This document shows positions 28,992-37,677 of a DNA stretch of 64,000 nt, in pieces. The stretch is taken from the NCBI GenBank assembly GCA_964608995.1, contig CAZSQS010000009.1, positions 2,039 through 66,038 of the forward strand, given 5' to 3'. Below the pieces are notes generated by a model that saw only the letters and a program-made list of their open reading frames with translations, did no database searches and was not told where the DNA came from. This DNA is from an uncultured Smithella sp. (GTDB taxonomy: Bacteria; Desulfobacterota; Syntrophia; Syntrophales; Smithellaceae). Position numbers and translations under genes: made by a program. Position 1 is the stretch's first letter, and each line of letters opens with the position of its first letter.

Positions 28992-31900
28992 GCGTTTATT
29001 TCTATTTCTTTTCCTGCTGGTCTTTGGAATGGCCAGCTTTTCATATCCGTTTGTCGCCCATAGCCAGGAAGCAACGCCTTCTTCCGCCACCGTTCAGCAA
29101 GGTATCTCTGAGCTTCAAAAAGCGGGAATCACCCTGACGCCCGCCGAAATTCAAAAAGGCAAAGAGCTGCTGGAGAAGCGGGGGGATCAGCCCCTGACGC
29201 CCGATGAAATTCAAAAAGGCAAAGAGCTGCTGGAGAAACGAAAAAGCCTCCAGACCGATCAGGAAAGCCGCGAGGGTGAGACAGCGCCGGAGGTGATGTC
29301 AGAAACGGAGAAAGCCGATGAGCAGTCCCTTTTTGACCGCACGCGCCAAGTCGGCAAATATCAGGATATTTCACTTCGACTGACGCGCTTCGGCCAGCAT
29401 TTTTTTTCAAATGCCTCTGCCGGGATCAACGCTCGCAAAGACATGCCGGTGCCCCTGACATATGTGGTTGGCGCCGGCGACCAGATCAATATTCTGTTGT
29501 GGGGGCGTCTCAACGCCCAGCATTCGCTGACGGTGGACCGGGACGGGAAAATCAATATCCCGCAAATCGGCCCTGTGTATGTCTCGGGGATGACCTATGA
29601 GCAGATGTCGAAACATGTCATCTCCAAGGCTGAGCAGATTGTGGGCACGAATGTTGATATTACGATTGGCGCGACGCGCTCCATTCCCATTTTTGTCCTG
29701 GGCGATGTCCGAAGGCCGGGGGCCTATACGATCGGCGCGATGGCGACCATTACGGATGCCCTGATCCTCGCACGCGGTCCGTCAGCCATTGGTTCCATGC
29801 GGCGCGTGGAGCTTCGGCGCAAGGATAAGGTCATCGCGCACTTCGACCTGTATGACCTTTTTCTCAAGGGCGACAAGTCACAGGATGTCACGCTGCAGGC
29901 AGGGGATGTGGTCTTTGTGCCGGTGACGGGTCCGCAGGCGGGCATTGCCGGAAATGTGAAACGCCCCGCTATCTACGAACTAAAAGACAAATTTGATTTG
30001 CAGCACCTGCTTGAGCTTGCTGGCGGCATCATTCCCAGCGCCTACACCCAGCAGATGCAGGTGGAGCGAATTATCAAAAACGAAAAACAAATTGTCATGG
30101 ACATCAATGACAAGAATCTCAGCATGGTGAAAGATTTCGTCGTGCAGGACGCGGATTTGGTCAAATTCTTTTCCATCGTTGATTATGACGAAAACGCCGT
30201 TTATTTAGACGGTAATGTCAAGCGTCCGGGTAAATACGCCTTTAAGCCAGGCATGCGCATCCGGGATTTGATCTCGCATCCCGACGATCTGCTTGACGCC
30301 ACCTATTTTGAATATGCGCTCATCAAGCGCCAGACGCCGCCCGGCCGATTCATTGTCCTTCTGCCGTTTAACCTGGGAAAGCTCATTTTACAAAATGACG
30401 AGGCGTACAATTATGAGCTGACGCCGAAGGATCAGGTTTTTATCTTCAACCTCAATCTCTTTATCGATCCGCCCTTTGTCACGGTGGAGGGCGAAATCCG
30501 CGGCTCTTCCACCGAGATCAGCCAGGACGCGACCCTCCTGGACCGGGAGGATGCGGCCCGCGACCGGCGCATTCTTGCGGAGCTTGACGCCATCAAGGCC
30601 ATTCTCAGCAAGGACGATCGTCAGTATATGCTGGCCATGAAAATTGAGGAGATCGAAGACGAAATTAAAGCGGAAAAGCGCCCGACACCCGGCGTGCTGC
30701 GCTATTTGCAGGCCGAACTCGAAACGGCGGGCCAGTCGGACCTGGCCGCCAGAGTGAAACGTATTGAAAAACAGATGCAGGTTGTGAGGCGCATTGATCT
30801 GGCCGGTAACATGAAGGTGAAAGACGCCCTGTTGAAGGCCGGGGGGCTCACCGGCAACGCCTCTCTGGAAAAGGGCCAGATTATCCGGCAGATGGACAAA
30901 AATGAATACACAACCCTTTATTTCCATGTTGCCCAGGCGATGGCGGGTGATCCCCGAGACAATCTGGCGCTTGAGGACCGCGACCGGATCATCATTCACT
31001 CGATCTGGGAGCAAAACCCCAAAACCAGTGTTTACATTACAGGGGAAGTGACGAATCCCGGCGTTTATCAATATACGGAAAATCTGACCGTTCGCGAACT
31101 GATTTTCAAGGCAGGAAATGTCCTGCAGTCCGCCTATCTCGAAGACGCCGAAATTACGTCCTCGCAAATTATGGAAGGCAAAGCCGGCACGCTGGCCCAT
31201 AAAAATATCAATTTGCGAAAGGCGCTCGAAGACGATGCTGCCCACAACCTCAAGCTCTCCCCCAACGACCGCGTCCTGGTCAAGCAAATCGCGGATTATC
31301 AGACGGTGCGGTTTATCAATCTGACCGGCCAGGTTGCATTTCCCGGCCGCTATCCTTTCCAAAAAGGCGAAAAACTCTCCGATGTGATTGAACGCGCGGG
31401 CGGGTTCACGCCGTATGCCTATCTGCGCGGCGCCGTCTTTACACGCTTAAGCGTTCGGGTGCTTCAGCAAAAAGGCCTCGATGAAATGGTGGAGCGAATG
31501 GAAAAAGAATTGATGGCCGCAGGCGCCCAGGAACTGGCCACCGCCATCTCATCGGCGGATATGGCCGCCCAGAAGGCGGAGATTGAACAGAAGCGGCGCT
31601 TTATGGAGTCTTTAAGAAAAGTGCGCGCCTCGGGACGCATGACGATATCGCTTGCGGATGCCAAAACGCTTAAGGGTACGGAATATGATTTTGAACTCGA
31701 AGACGCGGATACCCTTTATGTGCCCGAAAAAAGCAGCGTCGTCAATGTCATCGGTTCGGTCATGGCACAGGGCAGCCATCTGTATGCCGACCGGCTCAAC
31801 TATCAGGACTACATCGATCAGACCGGTGGCTATTCCTACTATGCCGATAAGGGCAATGTCTATATCCTGAAGGTGGACGGCTCCGCGCGCCGCATTTCCC

Positions 31901-32103
31901 GAAACTTCATCGGCTGGAGTTCGTCTCGCGCGCGATGGGAGACCACCGCTTACGGCGGCGCGATCCGCCAGATCGAACCGGGCGATACGATCATTGTGCC
32001 GGAAAAAATGGAGCGCATCGCCTGGCTGCGCGAGATCAAGGACATCACGCAGATTCTCATGAACATTGCCGTTGTGGCCGGTGTCACGATTGCGTTGTTT
32101 TAG
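28981..32103 (+). CDS. giant Wza/OPX-family polysaccharide export protein (1040 aa)
   Basis: Has a signal peptide, a Poly_export-like segment (YVVGAGDQINILLWG...DRDGKINIPQIGPVYVSG) and at least five SLBB-like repeats (GDVRRPGAY, GNVKRPAIY, GNVKRPGKY, GEVTNPGVY, GQVAFPGRY). Charged coiled-coil inserts are present, and it ends in a hydrophobic helix (IAVVAGVTIALF). Confidence 0.7.
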   Translation: MKHKRLFLFLFLLVFGMASFSYPFVAHSQEATPSSATVQQGISELQKAGITLTPAEIQKGKELLEKRGDQPLTPDEIQKGKELLEKRKSLQTDQESREGETAPEVMSETEKADEQSLFDRTRQVGKYQDISLRLTRFGQHFFSNASAGINARKDMPVPLTYVVGAGDQINILLWGRLNAQHSLTVDRDGKINIPQIGPVYVSGMTYEQMSKHVISKAEQIVGTNVDITIGATRSIPIFVLGDVRRPGAYTIGAMATITDALILARGPSAIGSMRRVELRRKDKVIAHFDLYDLFLKGDKSQDVTLQAGDVVFVPVTGPQAGIAGNVKRPAIYELKDKFDLQHLLELAGGIIPSAYTQQMQVERIIKNEKQIVMDINDKNLSMVKDFVVQDADLVKFFSIVDYDENAVYLDGNVKRPGKYAFKPGMRIRDLISHPDDLLDATYFEYALIKRQTPPGRFIVLLPFNLGKLILQNDEAYNYELTPKDQVFIFNLNLFIDPPFVTVEGEIRGSSTEISQDATLLDREDAARDRRILAELDAIKAILSKDDRQYMLAMKIEEIEDEIKAEKRPTPGVLRYLQAELETAGQSDLAARVKRIEKQMQVVRRIDLAGNMKVKDALLKAGGLTGNASLEKGQIIRQMDKNEYTTLYFHVAQAMAGDPRDNLALEDRDRIIIHSIWEQNPKTSVYITGEVTNPGVYQYTENLTVRELIFKAGNVLQSAYLEDAEITSSQIMEGKAGTLAHKNINLRKALEDDAAHNLKLSPNDRVLVKQIADYQTVRFINLTGQVAFPGRYPFQKGEKLSDVIERAGGFTPYAYLRGAVFTRLSVRVLQQKGLDEMVERMEKELMAAGAQELATAISSADMAAQKAEIEQKRRFMESLRKVRASGRMTISLADAKTLKGTEYDFELEDADTLYVPEKSSVVNVIGSVMAQGSHLYADRLNYQDYIDQTGGYSYYADKGNVYILKVDGSARRISRNFIGWSSSRARWETTAYGGAIRQIEPGDTIIVPEKMERIAWLREIKDITQILMNIAVVAGVTIALF
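29134..29245 (+). repeat. tandem 60-bp direct repeat inside the wza-like gene
   Basis: ctgacgcccgccgaaattcaaaaaggcaaagagctgctggagaagcg (from 29134) repeats as ctgacgcccgatgaaattcaaaaaggcaaagagctgctggagaaacg (from 29194). It encodes two copies of LTP(A/D)EIQKGKELLEKR. Confidence 0.9.
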
Positions 32104-32170
32104 CTGAAAGCACAATGCTGACGATGCAGATCGCTGCTCATCAACCGCTTGTTAAACCGAAACGGATGGC

Positions 32171-33166
32171 ATGGAAAAAACCATTACAGCGCGCGATCTC
32201 AACGAACCGGTGGTCCGCTACGCCTCGGATGACTTTGTCGCCCTGAGGACGCAAAGCTCCGTTTCCGAAGGGCTTGCGTGTATCCGTGCCTCCCAGACGC
32301 AAAATACCATACTCTATTTTTATGTCGTGGATGATGCGAACCGTCTGGCGGGTGTCGTGCAGACGCGCAGGCTTTTGACCTCGCCCCTGGAGGTCACCAT
32401 TGAATCCATTATGACGCCCCGGGTCATTACGATCCCTGATAGCGCCAATTTGATGGAGGCGCTGGAGTTCTTTATCCTCTATAAATTTTTGGCTTTTCCC
32501 GTGGTGGATGAAAACGGCCGGATGCTCGGCGTGATTGATGTCAACCTCTTTACGCAGGAAATGATTGATATGGAGGAGCGCGAGCAGGTTCACAGCATTT
32601 TTGACACGCTCGGCGTCAGTGTGTCCGAGCTTCGGGAGCGCTCGCCCTTGAGTGTTTTTCGGAGCCGGTTTCCCTGGCTTCTGGCCACGATTGCCAGCGG
32701 CACGGTTTGCGCGCTGCTGGTCGGTCTTTTCGAAGCGACGCTTTCCCAGAGTCTGGTTTTGGCCTTTTTTCTGACGCTGGTTTTGGGGCTGGGCGAAAGC
32801 GTGTCCATGCAGACGATGGCCATCACCGTCCATTTCATGCACCACCGGACATCGCGTTCCGGTTGGTATCTGGAGGTTTTGCGCCGGGAACTGGTGCGAA
32901 CGGTTTTACTGGCGCTGGCCTGTGGACTGATCGTGGGGGCTATCGCCTTTGTCTGGAAAGGGCAGGCGCTAACCGGAGCGGTGATCGCCTCCGGCATCAT
33001 CACGTCGCTGATCCTGGCCGGCTTCATTGGCGTCAGCGTTCCTTCGCTTTTGCACAAAATGCGGCTGGATTTGCGCGTGGCCTCCGGTCCGCTGACACTG
33101 GCCATTGCCGATATCTGCACCATCGTTGCCTATTTTTCCCTGGCGGCGCTCATCCTCAATCGCTGA
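32171..33166 (+). CDS. MgtE-like divalent cation transporter with a CBS pair (lacks the MgtE N-domain)
   Basis: 331 aa with N-terminal tandem CBS-like segments followed by a 5-TM domain resembling the MgtE membrane domain. Confidence 0.55.
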   Translation: MEKTITARDLNEPVVRYASDDFVALRTQSSVSEGLACIRASQTQNTILYFYVVDDANRLAGVVQTRRLLTSPLEVTIESIMTPRVITIPDSANLMEALEFFILYKFLAFPVVDENGRMLGVIDVNLFTQEMIDMEEREQVHSIFDTLGVSVSELRERSPLSVFRSRFPWLLATIASGTVCALLVGLFEATLSQSLVLAFFLTLVLGLGESVSMQTMAITVHFMHHRTSRSGWYLEVLRRELVRTVLLALACGLIVGAIAFVWKGQALTGAVIASGIITSLILAGFIGVSVPSLLHKMRLDLRVASGPLTLAIADICTIVAYFSLAALILNR

Positions 33167-33174
33167 AGCTTGTT

Positions 33175-33939
33175 TTAGACCAGTTTTGAAAAATCCGGAG
33201 CTCGACGCTCAAAGAAGGCGGCAAACGCCTCTTTGGCGGCCGGCTCCTGGAGCATGGCGCCGAAAAATTTGTTTTCTTCGTTCATCTGGGCGATCAGCGC
33301 GTCATGACCGTGTCTTTTCATCAGGCGTTTGGTGGTGCGAAGCGATGACGGGGGAAGCGAAACGAGCTTTGCCGCCTGCGAAAGCGCAAACGGCATCAAT
33401 TCTTCATCCGGCACCACCCGGTTGACCAATCCCAGTTCTCTGGCCTCGATGGCGGGGAGGCTCTCTCCCAGAAAAAGCAGCTCGGCGGCGCGCTGATAAC
33501 CGATAATTCTCGGAAGTATCAGGCTTGAGGCAAATTCCGGACAAAGCCCCAGCTTGGCAAACGGCATGGAAAACTTCGCGCTTTGAGCCGCGAAGATCAT
33601 GTCGCAATGTAAAAGCAGTGTAGTGCCAATGCCGATGGCGGCGCCCGCCACGGCGGCGAGAACGGGTTTGCTCGCGCCGCTTAAATTCCGCATGAATTGC
33701 GCCACCGGACGATCTTCGAGATGCTCTTTCACGTTGAGAAAATCTTCCAGGTCGTTTCCGGCGGTAAATATTTCCGGTTTTCCGCAAATCAGGAGCACAC
33801 GGATGTTTGCATCCGACTCGCCATCGGCGATGGCATCCGCCAGTGCCTGATACATCGCAGAGGTGATGGAATTTTTCTTTTCCGGTCGATTAAACTCAAT
33901 CCGCAATATCCCCTTGTCCTTGTTCGTCAATATATCCAT
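33175..33939 (-). CDS. enoyl-CoA hydratase/isomerase (crotonase) family protein
   Basis: 254 aa with a crotonase fold pattern (RPEKKNSIT, ICGKPEIFTAGNDL, VAGAAIGIGTTLLLHCD). Confidence 0.8.
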   Translation of the reverse strand: MDILTNKDKGILRIEFNRPEKKNSITSAMYQALADAIADGESDANIRVLLICGKPEIFTAGNDLEDFLNVKEHLEDRPVAQFMRNLSGASKPVLAAVAGAAIGIGTTLLLHCDMIFAAQSAKFSMPFAKLGLCPEFASSLILPRIIGYQRAAELLFLGESLPAIEARELGLVNRVVPDEELMPFALSQAAKLVSLPPSSLRTTKRLMKRHGHDALIAQMNEENKFFGAMLQEPAAKEAFAAFFERRAPDFSKLV

Positions 33940-34089
33940 TCTTATCTCCTTTGGCCGGTCGATTGGCCGGCAGTGTAATCACCATGAAGAAGGTCCCCGG
34001 AAGGCGGGGAGAGCGTTTTTACAATGATCGGCGTGAAACTGCAAGAACGGATCGGGTTTTCTCGCGGCCAATAACCGGGAAAAGATGCA

Positions 34090-36076
34090 TCAGCAGGCCA
34101 GATCCTGCGCATGACTGTCCAGAAGCGTCAGCGCCGCGTCAATGGCGGCATGGCTTCCGAAGAGAATCAACTGATCAGACGCCTGGAAAACAAAGTCGCT
34201 GGGCGGATTGGTGAGCGTCTTGTTTCCCCGGATGATATTGATGATCATCGCACCGGTGCGGGCTTTGAGGTTCACCTCCTTGATGCTTTTTCCGGCTATC
34301 GGATGATCGACGCCGACAAAATAGGTTTCAATGGTTCCCTGTGCCAGGATTTGACTGATTTGGTCAAACGCCTCCTGCGTGTAGCGGACCTCTCGGAACA
34401 CGCCGTAGGACTTGTTCCGGAGGATATTGCCCTGGGCTAAAATGATGCTGTTGGGAATATGAAACATTTTTAAAACCCGGCTGAAAATTTGAATGGAGGT
34501 TTCAAATTCCTCGGGAATCACGTCATCTGCGCCCATCGCGAGCAGGTCTTCAATGTCGGCGACATATTTCGTCCGTACAATGACGTGCAGGCGGGGGTTC
34601 AGCGCCCGGGCGTTGGACAGACAGGTCTTGGTCAGCAGCCGATCGGATATGGCGATGACTAAAACGCGCGCGGATTCAATGCTTACGCGCCGCAGGATTT
34701 CGACGCTTGCGGCGTCGCCCCAAAAAATGTGGGGATCTCCCTTTGATTTCGATTTTTTTGTTTTTTGAAAATTCAGGTCGATGATCGCATAGGCAATGGC
34801 CGTATCTTTAAGCACGCGGGCGAGGTTTCTCCCGTTTAGGCCCATGCCGCAGATGATGACGTGATTGGTCAGCGGCGCCTTTTCAGCGGGGGGGGGCAGG
34901 CTTTGTGACATCCGCGCGATTGGCGCGCGCGAGAAGATAATACACCAGTGACACCAGAAGCGGCGTGACGATAAAGGTCAAAACCGACGCGCCGATGAAC
35001 GTCTGGTAAATATAATCCGAGATGATCGCGTTTTTAAAGCCCTGGGACGCCAGGACAAACGAAAATTCACCGATCTGCGAAAGCATCACCCCCGAAATAA
35101 GCGCCACGCGAAACTGGAATTTTAAGAGAAACACCAGTGAAAAAACCACCGTCGCCTTGATTACGATGATGAGTGCGGAGGTGAGTACAATATGGCCGGT
35201 GTTTTCCCGTAGAAAATCGAGATTCAGAATCATGCCGAACGAGACAAAAAACACGGACAGAAAGACATCCCGAAACGGTGTGATGTCGCTGATGATCTGA
35301 TGCGTGAAATCCGTGTCCGAAAGCGCAAGCCCGGCCAGAAACGCGCCAATGGCCAGAGACAGTCCCAGCGATTCTGTAATCCAGGCAATTCCCATCGTAA
35401 TGACGACCGAGGAGACGACCAGCACGTCGCGCATGTTCATGTTGACGAGTTTCTCCAGCACATGCGGAATAATATAGCGCGCGGCAATCAGGATGCAGAT
35501 GATGATGATCACCGATTTGGCAAGCTTCCAGGCAATGGTCAGCGCGTCCGGTCCGGTTTCGCCCCCCAGAAACGGGACGAGGAGCATCATGGGCACGACC
35601 ATGATGTCTTGAAACAAAATGACGCCGATGGAGATGCGTCCCTGGGGAGACGATTCTTCCTAGCGGTCTTTGAGCAATTTTAAAATCAGCGCCGAGGAAC
35701 TGTGCGCCAAAATAAAACCGATGAAGACGGACGAATAAATGTTGAGCTGCATGGCCAGACCGATCAGGAACCCCACAAGAAATGTGCAAAGCACCTGCAA
35801 ACCGCCGGTTAAAAGAATTTCGGTCAGATGTTTTAAAAAGCGGGAAAACTGGATTTCAATCCCGATGGTAAAAAGCAGAAACGCCACACCGATTTCCGCC
35901 ATCAGTTGAATGCCGCCCGTGTCGGTAATCAGCCGAAGCCCATAGGGACCGATAATCACGCCCGTGATGAGAAAGCCAATGATTGACGGCAGCTTGATTT
36001 TATTGAAAACATAGATAACGGGAATCGAGCAGGCCAGAATAATGATTAACTGGTGGAAAAATTTCAAACCGTCCAC
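34090..36076 (-). pseudogene. CPA2 (KefB/KefC-type) cation:proton antiporter with TrkA-N/TrkA-C RCK domains, disrupted twice
   Basis: Three consecutive ORFs make up the gene. The N-terminal membrane part (36076-35660) and the rest of the membrane domain (35617-34883) are in the same frame, separated only by a TAG at 35660-35662. The RCK part (34911-34090, NHVIICGMGLNGRN) is in another frame, and the shift occurs at a C9 run (plus-strand G9, 34888-34896). Confidence 0.7.
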
Positions 36077-36217
36077 GGGTCATCCTGTTTTATTGTGAAA
36101 AGATTTGCTGACACCCTTCAGCAAAGGTTATGGGCTTATCCTGCCAATGGCACGATTCTATTTATCATTGATGTACAAATTTTTCCAAGAATACATCCGC
36201 CCTTTTCAATAAAAGGC

Positions 36218-36246
36218 TTGACGCTAGAACGAATGTTCTATATAGT
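36218..36246 (+). promoter_or_regulatory. lexA promoter with embedded GAAC-N4-GTTC operator
   Basis: -35 TTGACG (36218-23), a 17-nt spacer containing the palindrome TAGAAC-gaat-GTTCTA (36225-40), and -10 TATAGT (36241-46). The ATG lies 6 nt after the -10 with no Shine-Dalgarno. Confidence 0.6.
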
Positions 36247-36252
36247 GCAGCC

Positions 36253-36840
36253 ATGAAGAAAACACGAGACATTAAATCTATTGAAAGAAGTCTGGTTGAT
36301 TTTTATCGTAAAACAAAGCGCATGCCCTCCTATACCGAGATGATGGAGCTCTTTGAAGTCCGGTCGAAAAGCGTTGTGTCCTACTGGATCGAAAAGCTCA
36401 TCGACGAAGGTATTCTGGAAAAAGACCCGCAGGGACATCTTAAACTCTCGGGCGTTTTTTTCGGCATTCCGCTGGTTGGAAATGTGGCGGCGGGCCTGCC
36501 TGCCTCCGCCGAAGAGGCGGTTCGTGAGGTCGTCTCCATGGATGACTATCTTGTGGCCAGACCGGATTCATCTTTTTTGCTTCGCGTCACGGGAGATTCA
36601 ATGACCGGCGCGGGCATTATGGACGGAGACCTGGTGATTGTCGAACGCGGGCGCTTGCCCAAAAACGGTGATATCGTGCTTGCGGAAGTGGATGGTGAAT
36701 GGACGATGAAATATTTGCGCCGCAAAGGATCGGACGTCCTTTTAGAAGCGGCTAATCCGGCGTATTTGCCCATTCGTCCCAAGGGCGAACTTAAAATCGG
36801 CGGTGTCGTGACCGCTTCCGTGCGAAAATATCTGAATTAA
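36253..36840 (+). CDS. lexA: LexA repressor (S24 peptidase)
   Basis: 195 aa with an N-terminal winged HTH, the catalytic motif VTGDSMTGAGIMDGD and a downstream Lys region (WTMKYLRRKG). Confidence 0.9.
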   Translation: MKKTRDIKSIERSLVDFYRKTKRMPSYTEMMELFEVRSKSVVSYWIEKLIDEGILEKDPQGHLKLSGVFFGIPLVGNVAAGLPASAEEAVREVVSMDDYLVARPDSSFLLRVTGDSMTGAGIMDGDLVIVERGRLPKNGDIVLAEVDGEWTMKYLRRKGSDVLLEAANPAYLPIRPKGELKIGGVVTASVRKYLN

Positions 36841-36867
36841 CGATTCAACCCCAATGGATTGGACTTT

Positions 36868-37119
36868 ATGCAAACATCAATGACAACATCAATGACAGCG
36901 GGTATTTCTTCCCTGAATGCTTCTCCGGGGGAAGCTGCCTTTGCCCGTTCTCGCGCGCGTCTGGCCGGATATCCGGCTCGGAGAAACCGGGCGAATCAGG
37001 GAAAGAATCTGATGGATAGGGCAGACCGGGTTATTTCTGTCGTGGGGGGTGCGGCGCTGATTGCCGCTGTGCTTTATTTTTCGCCCATCATGATTGCGTT
37101 ACTTGAGCGATTGTCCTGA
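36868..37119 (+). CDS. small hypothetical tail-anchored membrane protein
   Basis: About 83 aa with a polar Ser/Thr/Arg-rich N-terminus and a single C-terminal TM (VISVVGGAALIAAVLYFSPIMIALL). It lies 28 nt downstream of lexA. The RBS is weak and the start is uncertain (TTG 36859 or ATG 36868). Confidence 0.3.
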   Translation: MQTSMTTSMTAGISSLNASPGEAAFARSRARLAGYPARRNRANQGKNLMDRADRVISVVGGAALIAAVLYFSPIMIALLERLS

Positions 37120-37677
37120 AGTCTTTTATCCTGTGGGATGAAGGTGAGGCATCAGGCGGGTCAATTGAGGCAGCCCCTGTCGAAAGCGCGTGAAGTCGGG
37201 ATCAATTTTCGGATGAAGATGAGAAGGAGTATGCGCGTGAGTTGGAGTAAGGTGAATTTGAGTGGCTGTTACCGCGGTCGCATGAGAATCAGTTTTCCGT
37301 AATCGTTGTTGAAGAGTAATCGGGGCTGCCTTTATTGCCTCGGACCGTGTTCTCTGCACGATCATGACTTTTATTTTGTATTTAGTTCATTTATTTCCTC
37401 TTTTTTAATCTATGCACTTGTGCATGTTGGTCTTCACTATTTGCAATGGGCATGCCATTGTTATACATTCAGAGATGCCGTAAAGGTGATACCATAATAT
37501 AACTAATTATGTTGTATGTTTATGAGAACTTTTTTGATTCAGGAGGCGGCGCGTTTTACCGAAGGAATATTGTGGCTTGGGACGAAATGCAACATCTTGC
37601 GTAGCTTGCGCTTTGATGTTTGTTGATGATTAACAAAATTTGTAGGTTTCTGGGCGGTTAAACGTTCGGATGGAATT

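Noticed and set aside
35660-35662. In-frame TAG in the Kef-type antiporter read as a pyrrolysine codon
   Set aside because: Pyl decoding is rare and tied to methylamine methyltransferase genes plus pylTSBCD, none of which appear in the window. The same gene also carries a frameshift. A nonsense mutation or sequencing error is far more likely. I kept it only as a check in the pseudogene finding.
37126-37497. ORFs 37126..37365(-) (79 aa, His/Pro-rich) and 37306..37497(+) (63 aa, hydrophobic)
   Set aside because: Neither has an RBS or a recognisable motif, they overlap each other, and they lie in an AT-rich spacer. I mention them only as context in the lexA-downstream finding, not as genes.
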